From positions 426,164 through 490,163 of the forward strand of contig JBAZMV010000001.1 of the NCBI GenBank assembly GCA_041649635.1: a stretch of DNA of 64,000 bases, read 5' to 3'. The DNA comes from Dehalococcoidia bacterium (GTDB taxonomy: Bacteria > Chloroflexota > Dehalococcoidia > E44-bin15). Position numbers and translations under genes: made by a program. Below the pieces are notes generated by a model. That model had not been told where the DNA came from, did not search any database, and saw only the letters and a program-made list of their open reading frames with translations. This document shows positions 1 through 10,242 of this stretch, piece after piece (position 1 is the stretch's first letter; each line of letters opens with the position of its first letter).

Positions 1-932
1 GCGGCATAATCTGCAACGTCAAAGAGATGTCCCCGGCCGAGCTCGAGCGCCTGAGCAGGGCCTATGCGCAGTGCGTCTGGAAATTCATCGGACCGGAGCA
101 GGACGTCCCAGCCCCCGATGTCTACACCACCCCGCAGATAATGGCCTGGATGATGGATGAGTATTCCAAGATAGTCGGCAAGAACCAGTTCGGCACCATC
201 ACCGGCAAGCCCCTTTGCATCAGCGGCTCCAAGGGGCGCGGCGACGCGACGGCCCGTGGAGGGATGTTCACACTTAAGGAGGCGGCCAAGGTCTGCAAGA
301 TCGATTTGAGCAAGGCTACCGTGGCCGTGCAGGGATACGGCAATGCCGGCTCCTTCGCCCACAGCCTGAGCCAGGAGCTTTTCGGCTGCAAGGTCGTCGC
401 CGTCAGCGACAGCAAGGGCGGCATCTTCAACGCCAAAGGGCTTGACCCGCAGGCCGTCAGCAAGCACAAGGCTAAGACGGGCTCGGTTGTCAATTTCCCG
501 GGCGCCAAGAATATCTCCAACGCTGAGCTACTGGAGCTTGAGGTCGACGTGCTGCTGCCGAGCGCGCTGGAAAATGTCATTACGGAGAAGAACGCCGGCA
601 ATCTCAAGGCGAAGATAATCGGAGAACTGGCCAACGGGCCGACAACGCCCGAGGCCGACGCCATCATCTACAAGAAAGGCATCCACGTAATACCCGATTT
701 CCTGTGCAACGCCGGCGGCGTGACCGTCTCTTACTTCGAGATGGTGCAGAACTTCTACATGTTCAGCTGGGATGAGGACGAAGTGCGCGAGAAGCTGGAG
801 AAGCGGATGATCAGCGCTTACAACTCGGTGCTGGCTACCTCCAAGAAATACAAGATAAACATGCGCCAGGCGGCCTATGTGGTTGCCGTAGAGCGCGTGG
901 TCGAGGCCATGAAGCTTCGCGGCTGGGTCTAA
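1..932 (+). CDS. gdh: Glu/Leu/Phe/Val dehydrogenase (glutamate dehydrogenase), 5'-truncated by window edge
   Basis: C-terminal ~300 aa of GDH family: NAD-binding [10 protein letters not shown] Rossmann motif and typical C-terminal helices. ORF open to position 1. Confidence 0.85.
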   Translation, partial: GIICNVKEMSPAELERLSRAYAQCVWKFIGPEQDVPAPDVYTTPQIMAWMMDEYSKIVGKNQFGTITGKPLCISGSKGRGDATARGGMFTLKEAAKVCKIDLSKATVAVQGYGNAGSFAHSLSQELFGCKVVAVSDSKGGIFNAKGLDPQAVSKHKAKTGSVVNFPGAKNISNAELLELEVDVLLPSALENVITEKNAGNLKAKIIGELANGPTTPEADAIIYKKGIHVIPDFLCNAGGVTVSYFEMVQNFYMFSWDEDEVREKLEKRMISAYNSVLATSKKYKINMRQAAYVVAVERVVEAMKLRGWV

Positions 933-965
933 GCCGTAAAATATATTCGATATCCAATACGAACC

Positions 966-1002
966 GTACGCCTGCCGTCAATGGCAGGCGTACTTTTTTA
1001 TG
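966..1002 (+). terminator. Rho-independent terminator after gdh
   Basis: Stem gtacgcctgcc / ggcaggcgtac (11 bp) with a 7-nt loop, followed by TTTTTTAT. Confidence 0.7.
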
Positions 1003-1114
1003 TTAGACGCTCGATGGGAAATGCTATGCTATAATACACGTGCGATTCAGTAGGGCGGGCTGTGCCCGCCCTACACCCATAATTCACATACCATTGATCG
1101 ATGAAGAGAACGAT

Positions 1115-1672
1115 ATGACGATTACACTGCCGGAAAATCTCCCCCGCATCGAGACCGAACGCCTGCTGCTCAGGCCGTTCGCGCTTGACGACGCGCCCGT
1201 AGTGCAGGAGCTCGCCGGCGATTACGACATAGCTGCCAATGTGAGAATGATACCGCACCCCTACCCGGACCATATGGCCGAGGACTGGATAGACTCGCAC
1301 CGGGACAAGCTGGAGCACGGCGAGATTCACCTGGCGATAACGCTGCGGGACGAGGGAACGCTAATAGGTTCAATAGGCCTTATAGTTAACCGCGACGACG
1401 AGAACGCGGAGCTGGGATACTGGATAGGCAAGCCCTACTGGAACAAAGGCTACTGCACCGAGGCGGCGCGGGCTTTAGTCAAATACGGATTCGGCAAGCT
1501 GAATCTGCACCGCATCCACTCTTTCTATATGACCAAGAATCCGGCTTCGGGGCGCGTCATGCAGAAGCTGGGGATGAAGTACGAGGGGACGCTGCGCAAG
1601 TGCATCAAGAAGTGGGATGTCTTTGAGGATGTGAACGTCTACTCGATACTGATAAGCGAGTACTCAGGTTGA
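1115..1672 (+). CDS. GNAT family N-acetyltransferase (RimJ/RimL-like)
   Basis: ERLLLRPF..DDAP, LGYWIGKPYWNKGY and GFGKLNLHRI motifs typical of ribosomal-protein acetyltransferase-like GNATs. Start moved to the ATG at 1115 (MTITLPEN) behind an aagaga SD. Confidence 0.75.
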   Translation: MTITLPENLPRIETERLLLRPFALDDAPVVQELAGDYDIAANVRMIPHPYPDHMAEDWIDSHRDKLEHGEIHLAITLRDEGTLIGSIGLIVNRDDENAELGYWIGKPYWNKGYCTEAARALVKYGFGKLNLHRIHSFYMTKNPASGRVMQKLGMKYEGTLRKCIKKWDVFEDVNVYSILISEYSG

Positions 1673-1675
1673 GAA

Positions 1676-2160
1676 TTATGTCAACCCCGTGCTCAAAGCT
1701 GTCATTGCGAGTCCTTCCCCGTTAGGAATATGCGGAAGGACGTGGCAATCTCACAGCTAATCAACCCCCTGCAATCCCCCAATACGTTGGTCCTCTGGTA
1801 GGGGCGACCCTTGTGGTCGCCCGCAGCGGGCAGGCACAAGACCTGCCCCTACATATAGGGGACACCCCTATAACCCCGTCATGAGACCCTGTCTCCTGTA
1901 CCTCTTTCTAAAACTACCCTCTCCCTTGAGGGGAGAGGGCTATGGTGAGAGCGTTGTTAGTTCCCTTCTCTTTGATAAAGAGAGGGACTCAAGGGTGAGT
2001 TCGTGCAAGTTCCCCCTCTTTTTAGAAGAGGGGGTAAGGGGGAGTTTATCTTTAAATTATCTTCCCTCTCCCTCTGCAGGGAGAGGGTCAGGGTGAGGGT
2101 CGTAATCCGTCATTCCGGTGAAAACTGGAATCCGGACAGGGCGAGGCGACCTCGCCCCTA
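1676..2160. repeat. Mosaic block of hairpin repeat modules (F,B,C,A,G,H,G,E,C)
   Basis: The same modules recur >10 times each elsewhere in the window in varying order and orientation. Confidence 0.85.
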
Positions 2161-5100
2161 CTTGCTCTTCTTTCTCCCGCCGCTCTTCTTCCCCGCGCTC
2201 TTCCTGGCCACGGTCTTCTTCTTAACGACGCGCTTCTTCTTCGCGGGAAACACTTTGGATACGGCCGCCGCTATCGACTCGCGGCTGAACGGCTTGGCTA
2301 TAACGCCGTCCACCAGTTTCTTCTTTTCCTCATCGAGATCTATGACCCAGCCCGTTATCAGCAACACGGGCACTTCAGGTTTTATCTTCTTAATGGCTCG
2401 GGCCACATCCCAGCCCGACATTTCAGGCATACCGAGGTCGGTAATTACTATGTCGTATTTGCCGTCCTTGAAAGCCTTGATCGCCTCGACTCCTCTGGTG
2501 AAATCCTTGACCCAGTGGCCGAAGTACTCCAGCGTCAGCCCCAGCGCCTTGAGCACCTCGGGCTCGTCATCGACCGTGAGTATGCTGGCTGGTTTGACCG
2601 CGACAGCCTTGCTCTTCCTGGCCTGCTTCCTAACTTCCTCCACGGCCAGGGGCAGCCTGATGTAGAACGTCGTCCCCCTGCCCACCTCGCTGTCGAACTT
2701 TATCATGCCGTTATGCCTTGAGATTATGCCGTAGGTAACGCTCAGCCCGAGCCCCGAACCCTTGGAGGCCTTGGTGGTAAAGAACGGCTGGAATACCTTG
2801 CTCTTCACCTTTTCAGGTATTCCGACCCCTGTATCCTTTATAATTATCTGAACCCACTCTTCTTCCTGCTCGCTCTTAACGGTGAGCTTGCCGCCTGTAG
2901 GCATGGCGTCCAGGGCATTGAACAGTATGTTCAGGAGCGCCTCACGAAGCTCGGCGGCATCGCCTGATACACGTCCCACAGTACCAAGTTCGTGCGTAAC
3001 CTTGATAGCGATCCCCTTGGTCTGTTCCAGCTCCACCCTGCGGGATTCCACCATCTTGAGGACGCCCTCCGCCACCTCGTTAACGTCAAGCGGCTCGAAG
3101 GGATGCTCCACGCGTATCCGCGCGAAGTCCTGCAGGCGCTTCACCGTCTTGGCCGCGTCGAGGGCCGCCTGCTCTATTATCTGGATGCCCTTCTTCACTT
3201 TATCATCCTTGACGTCATCAATGACGAGCTGCGTGCGCCCCAGTATGACCGCCAGCATATTGTTGAAATCATGCGCTATCCCGCTGGCCATCTCGCCCAT
3301 AGCCCGCAGCTTCTCCGACTGCACCATGCGCTCATGCGCCGTCTTGAGCTCTTCATAGGCGCGCTCCAGTTCCACTTCCGCCTTCTTATGCTCCGTGGTC
3401 TCCATGAAGCTGGCCAGGACGGCGCGCCTTCCCTTATACCTGACGGGCGTGACCCTCTCCATGACCCATATCTGACGGCCGTCCTTCCTCAACGCCCTGA
3501 ACTCATAAGGCTGAACGGATGCCCCCTGGATATTATCTACAGCCTTAGTTCTCACCGTATCCCTGTCATCCGGGTGGACAAAGTCTATCGCCTCCTGTCC
3601 CAAGAGCTCCTCGCTGCTATAACCTACAATCTCTTCGAACATGGGGTTCACGTAGATGAACCTTTTATTCTGCAGCAGATATATACCCATGGCGGCGTTA
3701 TCCAGCATGGATCGCGACAGCTCCTCGCTCTCCCTGAGCGCCTCCTCCGCCTTCTTGCGCTCCGTGATATCCTGCCCCTGGGCGATGATAGCCATAGGGG
3801 TCTTGCCGTCCTCGGCGTATATCGGCGATATGTTCCACAGCACCGTCCTGACACCCCCGTCGAGGTTTGCGATGGGTATCTCCACCACCTCCCACCTGGC
3901 GCCCCTCATCGCCGTCCTGATAAAGCTCATGGACCTTTCCCGCGTACCCTTGGGGAACAGTATCTCAAGGTCTTTGCCGATTACGGACTTGGCCTTCATG
4001 CCCGTGAGCCGCTCAAAGGCGCGATTGAACCTTGTGATGCGGAAATCCGGGGTCCAGACAACCATGGGCACGTTGGCGTGCTCGATGAGGTTCTCCATGT
4101 AGTCGCGGGTCTCCCTGAGCTTCTCCTCGGCCTTCTTGCGCTCAGTGATATCCGTATGCACGCCCACAAGCCCGATGACCTTGCCCTTTTCATCCTTTAT
4201 CGCGTCCGCGCGCTCAAGTACGATGAACCTGCGCCCGCTCTTAGATACCATCTCCACCTCCCCGAACCACGAACCTCCACCCATTATCGTATCGAACACC
4301 TTGCGGGCCACATGTTTATTTGCAAAAGCGGCCGGGCCTCCGCCCGCGGCCTCAAGCTCCTCCGGGGTGTACTCGAACAGCTCGGTGAAAGCCCTGTTGT
4401 GATAGAAGTGGTGCCCCTGCGCATCGGATATGCCGATGGCATCGCTTGATCCTTCAACCGCCTTATTGATGCGAAGCAGGGTTTCCTCCACCTTCTTGCG
4501 TTCGGTGATGTCGGTTATGATTCCCATAATCGCCTTCTCACCGACGTAACTTATTAGCTTGGTGCTAAGAATCGTATCAAGCCTCCGTCCGTCCTTAGTG
4601 ATGAGCGCATATTCGTAAGGATCGACATCCCGTCCTTGCATATGGGCCTGGAACTTCTCCTTTATCAGATCACGATATTCCGGCGCCGTTAAGGAATTAA
4701 AGTCGAAAGCTGGAGAGTAAAATTCCTCACTGGTATAGCCCATCATCTCCTCACAGCGGCGGTTGGCATAGACCACGTGCCCCTTCACGTTGATGAATAT
4801 CATATTGGGAGACTGTTCAGCCAGGTTCCGGAATTTCTCCTCGCTCTCCCTCAGCGCTTCCTCCGCTTCTTTGGCAGCGGTCACCTCTATAAGGGAAATC
4901 AATGCCGCCGGCTTCCCCTCATATTCGTACGACGTAGTAGAACCAGCTACCCATATCACACGGCCATTCACCGTCCTGGCCTTTATAACGGCTAGTTCCT
5001 TCCTTTCGGGATCGGCCATGGATTGAGCGAACTGCTGGAGCACCCAGTCCATATCTTCCGGCAGAACATGCTCCTTGATAGCATCAACGCCGACCATTTC

Positions 5101-8100
5101 ATCCGGCGACTTGAACTCGAACATCCTTGCCATGGAATGATTGGCCAGCACTATCCTGCCGGTCTCCGCATCCACCACCTCCATGCCCAGCAGCGTATGC
5201 TCGAAGAGGTCTCTGTACTTGATTTCGCTCTCACGCAGCGCCTCCTCCGCCCTCTTGCGCTCGGTGATATCCGACATGATGCCGGTTACTCCTACCGTTT
5301 GACCGTCACTCAGCGTCGCCTTGCTCGCGGTACGGACCCAACGCACACTGCCATCCTTGAACCTAGTCCTGAACTCGGCGGGCTCAAAACTCCCGCCTAG
5401 TGTTTTCTCAAAGCTGGCCATCAAGTCTGGCAGGTCCTCCGGCAATATAAAGTCAACAAATGACTTGCCAACTATATCGCTGGGGCAGTAGCCGGACAGG
5501 CGTTCGATAGCCGGACTGACATAGGCAAAGTTGCCTTGCGCGTCAAGGGAGAAAATCAGGTCAGCGGAACCCTCCACCAGTATCCTGTACTTCTCTTCAC
5601 TATCCCGCAGCGCATCCTCAGCCTTCTTGCGTTCGCTGATGTCGCGACTGGCGATAATAAAACGCGAGGCGTTTCCAGAAGCATCAAGCAGTGCCCTGGC
5701 GGAGGCTTCTCCCCAAACATAGTGTCCATCGGCATGGCGGAAACGGTACTGATAACTGGCCTCTCCCTTTTCCTGTATCCCATCCAGAGAAGCTATCACG
5801 CTGTTCACATCCTCCGGGCAAAGGAAATCGAAAACAGGCTTTCCTACCAAATCTTCCGTTCTATATCCCAGTATTTTCTGATGAGATGGGCTTGCGTATA
5901 TAATGATTCCCTTCTCATTGACCAGAGATACCGCATCGAGCATATTCTCCGTGATCTCGCGGAACCTTTCTTCGCTCTCCCGCAACGCATCATCCGCCTG
6001 TTTGCGCATCAGCGCCACGCCTATGCTGGCGGCGATGCCCTCGAAGAAGCGTATCATCTCCGGGGTGAAACAGCCCTTGCGTCGATCGTTGAGCTGCAGC
6101 AGGCCAACGATCTCATTGCCGCTGCGGATGGGCATGAGCGCCACGGACTGGAAGCCGGCGTGGATGCAGCGGTTGCGCGGATGGTGCCGCGGGTCCTGCT
6201 CAAGCGGAACGTCGAGTAAAGCCGGCGAATCATTTGTCCAGGCGCTGCCGCCCGGTGTGAAGAGCGGATTGGATGGATCGGTCTTCCCGGACAGCACCAG
6301 GCCGCAGGTGCACTCCAGGCTCACATTGCCGTCCTTGTCGCGGCATATCCCGCCATGCGAGTCGCGGACGACAATCGTATTTTCAGTGAGCAGGAAATCC
6401 TCGGAGAATCCGTTCTGGACAAAGTACGGGAAGTCCTCGTCCTTTTTCAATCGAATTCCAACAGCGTAGAATCCCGTCTCCCGCTTGATGGCGGTAAGGA
6501 TGCGGTTGATGGCATCAGGCAGCGCCAACGGCTCATTAAGGATACCCAGTATCTCAGCGGCCAGCTTCTGATGAGCTTCCGCCTGCCTGCGTTCGATTAA
6601 ATCCCTCGCTACAACCACAATGCCGACCGGCTTGCCATTCGCGTCCAACATCAGGCTGCCCGAGGACTCAAGCGGCACTCTGCGCCCGCTCCTTGTAACT
6701 ATATTGTACCGGGCTACAGCCGGCTGTCCGCTTGTAATCAGTTCCTGCAGCGCCGCGGCAACCACCTCCCTATCTTCAGGAGCAACAGGTTCCAGCGCAC
6801 TTACGCCAATCTCATCTGTTTCAAAAAGCTTTCGTGCCGACTCGTTCAAATTTCTGACATTGCCTTCCATGTCAAGGATCAGGACAGGATCAAGCGTTGC
6901 CATAAACGCGTTGGAGAGTTCGATGATCCGGGATTCCGCCTTCTTACGTTCGGTGATATCGCGGAGTATGGCCATCATGCCCGTGGGTTTCCCGGTCTCA
7001 CCACGTATGAACGATACCATCATTTCGACAACGACTATGGAACCGTTTTTGTGGATCATCTCCAGTTCCAGGGTTTGCCCCAATCCGCTCTCCGGGTGGC
7101 GTTTTTCACGTTCCAACCCGGCCAGGAAGTACTTGGCAGCCTTCTCCATTGAGTCGGACGTCATTCTACCTTCCATGGTGCCTTCCAGCGCTTCTTCCAC
7201 GGAGTAGCCCAGCACGCGGTTGACGGACGGGCTGAAATAAACAGGTTTGGCATTCATATCCATGAGCATTATGACGTCAGAAGCGTTTTCGGCCAGCAGG
7301 CGGTACTTCTCCTCGCTCTCGCGCAGCGCCTCCTCAATCCGCTTGCGCTCGGTAATATCACGGTGCGTAACGATCAGCCCTATCGGATTTCCATTGGCGT
7401 CCTGCATCACTGTAGTATCGGTGTCAGCCAGATATTCACTGCCGTCCTTTCGCAGCAGAGTGAGCTCTATCGGCACACCCAGACCTGAGGCTAAATTATT
7501 AGACAGAGCCTGAGCCGCCCTGTCGCGATCCTTTTCACTGATAAAGTCAAATCCGTTTCTCCCGATGACTTCTTCTTTGCGGTCAAATCCGGTCAATTTC
7601 AACAATTCTGCATTAACATCAATGATTTTCCCTGACACATCGGTTACCGTGATACCAACGCCAACGGTCTGGAATAATATGCGCAGCTTCTCCTCGCTCT
7701 CCTGCAGCGCCTTATCCATGCGCTTGCGCTCGGTAACGTCTCTGGTAATGGCAATAACGGCGGGCCTGCCCTCATACTGAATAAGCTTCGTCGAGTTCTC
7801 CATCTCCTTGACCGAGCCGTCCTTGCACAGCATCCTGGTCTCAAAAATCTCGGGAACTTCTTTGCCTTCGGCACGCAGGCGGAATCTCTCTTCTAATACA
7901 GGGGCGAAGTCCGGCGGCACCAGATCGAACGTTGACATTGCAGTCAATTCTTCAACGGTATAACCGGACATCTCAGACATGCGTTTATTGACGAACTTTA
8001 GGGCCTGGTCCTGGATAATGCTGACGCCATCCGTCGCGTTCTCAACAAGGGTCGAGTATTTCTCCTCGCTCTCCCGCAGCGTTTCTTCCATGCGCTTGCG

Positions 8101-10095
8101 GTTGGTGATATCCGTATTAAACCCATGCCAGATTACACTGCCGTCAGCCAATTTCTCCGGCGTAGACTGGCCTAGCAACCATCTCACGGGCTTCCCGGGA
8201 ACCTGCACCCGGTATTCACACTGCCAGAGAGTCATATGTTCGGCTGAATACTCTATCGATTCCACTAACCTGCCGAGGTCCTCGGGCAAGACCACCCTGG
8301 TTACCGGAGAGAAATCATCGCGCACATCTTCCGGAGAGCATCCTAGAATATCCTTTATAGAATCCGTAGAAAAGGGAGCGCAGTACGTTCCATCAGGCCT
8401 TCTCAAGAACTGATAGATCATTCCGGGGACGTTATAAGCTAGTTTCTTGAATAGCCGGTCGCTTTCCCGCAGCGCCTCCTCCGCCCGCTTGCGCTCGTTG
8501 ATATCGCGCGAGACAGCGTATAGGCCGGTGATTTTCCCCTGCTCATCCCTGTTAGCACTGACCACGTGCTCCAGCCACACCGTGGAGCCGTTCTTGTGAT
8601 AGTACTCGGCTTCTATCGTTATAGTCCTATCGGGATCCACACCCTCCTTCCCATCCCGTTCCATCTCGGCTGTAAATACATTCATGATATGCTCGTAGGA
8701 CTGTGGTGTTACCGCTTCGTGATTTGTTATACCGACACGTTCCTCCGGTGTGAATCCGAGAACTTTAAATACGGACGGGCTGGTATAGGTAGGGCGGAAA
8801 TCAAGTCCCATGGTCCATACAATATCGTTCATCCTCTCCGTGAGGATACGATATTTCTCCTCGCCCTGGTGCAACGCCTCCTCCGCCCGCTTGCGTTCCG
8901 TTATATCACGCAGGTTCACAACTATGCCGCCGACAGCGGGATCATCGAGGAAACTTGTGGCGCTTACCTCAAAAGAATGCCACGAGCCGTCTTTATGACG
9001 CGCACGTACTTCGGAACGGCCCACAACATCTGATTCGATTCTTTTCATTCCATCGATCAGCGCATGCATATCATCCGGATGTATCGGATCAAAAACAACC
9101 TGCCCTATACGTTCCCCTTCGCTGTACCCCAGCAGGCGCGAGCAGCTAGGGCTTTCGTAAAGGATTTTCCCTCTGCTGTCCAGCACCATGATTCCGTCGG
9201 AGCTGTTTTCAATCAGCGACCGGAAGTACCTCTCCTTTTCCGTAAGCGCTTCCTCCATGCGCTTGCGCTCGGTGATGTCGACGTTTAACTCGGAGACCAG
9301 CCACTCGCCGTCGGCGCTCTGGAAAGGTATTGTATGCACTTCGACAATGCGGTTGTTCTCGCGCGGCAGCACATGCTCGGCCACGCCTGTCTGGTGAGTA
9401 CGGAAAGTATCGGGGATGGCGCAATCCCGGCATGCTTCCTTTTGCCCCCTGAAATACTCGTAGCATTTCCGGCCCGCGGGATCGCCATAGACCTTCTGCC
9501 ATTCCGGATCTACATAGCGCAGGTTGAACTCGCTATCGATTACATCGATATTGGTTTTACTCAAACCTATGATTTCTTCGAACCATTCATTTACTTTCTT
9601 GAGTTCTCCCTGCGCCTGCTTGAGCTTGGTGACGTCATGAAAATTTACAACGATGCCGCCGATAGCGGGCTCCTCAAGATGATTACGCGCTTCCGAATCC
9701 AGGGTATGCCAGGTGCCGTCGGGGTACAGCGCCCGTATCTGCATCCGCACGATCGTTTTGGGGTTCTTGATTATTTCAGTGAAATTCTTCCCTATCACAG
9801 GGATATCATCGGGGTGAATATTCTTGAACAAGTCCTGCCCCAGCACGCCCTCCGCCTTAAAACCCCACACCTTCTCGAAGTTCGGGCTGATATAGGTGAC
9901 GTTGCCCTGGCTCCCCAGTACGACGGTAACGTCCGATGCGGACTCGACCAGGGTGCGGAACCGTTCCTCGCTGCGCCGCAGCACCTCATCTATCTTCACG
10001 CGCTCAGCCGCAACAGCTTCAAGCTCGGCCGTCCGCCGGCGCAAACGATCCAGTTCGTCGATGAGCTGTCCCTGATCCCTGTTCTGATCATCCAT
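2158..10095 (-). CDS. Giant hybrid sensor histidine kinase/response regulator (2645 aa) with ~16 PAS/PAC modules and one GAF
   Basis: PAS modules are separated by a recurring coiled-coil linker ITERK(R/K)AEEALRESEEKYR. Has a GAF with a Cys-rich segment, HisKA H-box AHDFNNMLAVI, HATPase_c (DTGVGIP, GSGLGLS), a C-terminal REC (VDDEPEV...ITDLGMPEMSG) and a Lys-rich tail. Confidence 0.9.
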   Translation of the reverse strand: MDDQNRDQGQLIDELDRLRRRTAELEAVAAERVKIDEVLRRSEERFRTLVESASDVTVVLGSQGNVTYISPNFEKVWGFKAEGVLGQDLFKNIHPDDIPVIGKNFTEIIKNPKTIVRMQIRALYPDGTWHTLDSEARNHLEEPAIGGIVVNFHDVTKLKQAQGELKKVNEWFEEIIGLSKTNIDVIDSEFNLRYVDPEWQKVYGDPAGRKCYEYFRGQKEACRDCAIPDTFRTHQTGVAEHVLPRENNRIVEVHTIPFQSADGEWLVSELNVDITERKRMEEALTEKERYFRSLIENSSDGIMVLDSRGKILYESPSCSRLLGYSEGERIGQVVFDPIHPDDMHALIDGMKRIESDVVGRSEVRARHKDGSWHSFEVSATSFLDDPAVGGIVVNLRDITERKRAEEALHQGEEKYRILTERMNDIVWTMGLDFRPTYTSPSVFKVLGFTPEERVGITNHEAVTPQSYEHIMNVFTAEMERDGKEGVDPDRTITIEAEYYHKNGSTVWLEHVVSANRDEQGKITGLYAVSRDINERKRAEEALRESDRLFKKLAYNVPGMIYQFLRRPDGTYCAPFSTDSIKDILGCSPEDVRDDFSPVTRVVLPEDLGRLVESIEYSAEHMTLWQCEYRVQVPGKPVRWLLGQSTPEKLADGSVIWHGFNTDITNRKRMEETLRESEEKYSTLVENATDGVSIIQDQALKFVNKRMSEMSGYTVEELTAMSTFDLVPPDFAPVLEERFRLRAEGKEVPEIFETRMLCKDGSVKEMENSTKLIQYEGRPAVIAITRDVTERKRMDKALQESEEKLRILFQTVGVGITVTDVSGKIIDVNAELLKLTGFDRKEEVIGRNGFDFISEKDRDRAAQALSNNLASGLGVPIELTLLRKDGSEYLADTDTTVMQDANGNPIGLIVTHRDITERKRIEEALRESEEKYRLLAENASDVIMLMDMNAKPVYFSPSVNRVLGYSVEEALEGTMEGRMTSDSMEKAAKYFLAGLEREKRHPESGLGQTLELEMIHKNGSIVVVEMMVSFIRGETGKPTGMMAILRDITERKKAESRIIELSNAFMATLDPVLILDMEGNVRNLNESARKLFETDEIGVSALEPVAPEDREVVAAALQELITSGQPAVARYNIVTRSGRRVPLESSGSLMLDANGKPVGIVVVARDLIERRQAEAHQKLAAEILGILNEPLALPDAINRILTAIKRETGFYAVGIRLKKDEDFPYFVQNGFSEDFLLTENTIVVRDSHGGICRDKDGNVSLECTCGLVLSGKTDPSNPLFTPGGSAWTNDSPALLDVPLEQDPRHHPRNRCIHAGFQSVALMPIRSGNEIVGLLQLNDRRKGCFTPEMIRFFEGIAASIGVALMRKQADDALRESEERFREITENMLDAVSLVNEKGIIIYASPSHQKILGYRTEDLVGKPVFDFLCPEDVNSVIASLDGIQEKGEASYQYRFRHADGHYVWGEASARALLDASGNASRFIIASRDISERKKAEDALRDSEEKYRILVEGSADLIFSLDAQGNFAYVSPAIERLSGYCPSDIVGKSFVDFILPEDLPDLMASFEKTLGGSFEPAEFRTRFKDGSVRWVRTASKATLSDGQTVGVTGIMSDITERKRAEEALRESEIKYRDLFEHTLLGMEVVDAETGRIVLANHSMARMFEFKSPDEMVGVDAIKEHVLPEDMDWVLQQFAQSMADPERKELAVIKARTVNGRVIWVAGSTTSYEYEGKPAALISLIEVTAAKEAEEALRESEEKFRNLAEQSPNMIFINVKGHVVYANRRCEEMMGYTSEEFYSPAFDFNSLTAPEYRDLIKEKFQAHMQGRDVDPYEYALITKDGRRLDTILSTKLISYVGEKAIMGIITDITERKKVEETLLRINKAVEGSSDAIGISDAQGHHFYHNRAFTELFEYTPEELEAAGGGPAAFANKHVARKVFDTIMGGGSWFGEVEMVSKSGRRFIVLERADAIKDEKGKVIGLVGVHTDITERKKAEEKLRETRDYMENLIEHANVPMVVWTPDFRITRFNRAFERLTGMKAKSVIGKDLEILFPKGTRERSMSFIRTAMRGARWEVVEIPIANLDGGVRTVLWNISPIYAEDGKTPMAIIAQGQDITERKKAEEALRESEELSRSMLDNAAMGIYLLQNKRFIYVNPMFEEIVGYSSEELLGQEAIDFVHPDDRDTVRTKAVDNIQGASVQPYEFRALRKDGRQIWVMERVTPVRYKGRRAVLASFMETTEHKKAEVELERAYEELKTAHERMVQSEKLRAMGEMASGIAHDFNNMLAVILGRTQLVIDDVKDDKVKKGIQIIEQAALDAAKTVKRLQDFARIRVEHPFEPLDVNEVAEGVLKMVESRRVELEQTKGIAIKVTHELGTVGRVSGDAAELREALLNILFNALDAMPTGGKLTVKSEQEEEWVQIIIKDTGVGIPEKVKSKVFQPFFTTKASKGSGLGLSVTYGIISRHNGMIKFDSEVGRGTTFYIRLPLAVEEVRKQARKSKAVAVKPASILTVDDEPEVLKALGLTLEYFGHWVKDFTRGVEAIKAFKDGKYDIVITDLGMPEMSGWDVARAIKKIKPEVPVLLITGWVIDLDEEKKKLVDGVIAKPFSRESIAAAVSKVFPAKKKRVVKKKTVARKSAGKKSGGRKKSK

Positions 10096-10242
10096 GGCGC
10101 CAACCTCCGGGTTCGATCGTACAACTCGATGTGTAAACGTGCCTCGATTGCGAGGAAAAACGTATCTGAATGGGAGTGAAATTTACCACAATTCCCGAGT
10201 AAAGTCAATCTGTGGAAGATAGAAATGAGGCGTCGGGCAGGT

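Noticed and set aside
2882-9502. Many 60-485 aa ORFs on the + strand inside the kinase gene (e.g. 2992..4449, 5536..6219, 9334..10179)
   Set aside because: They are antisense to a continuous, domain-rich 2645-aa ORF. High GC makes long spurious antisense ORFs expected. They have Ser/Arg/Ala/Leu-rich low-complexity composition.
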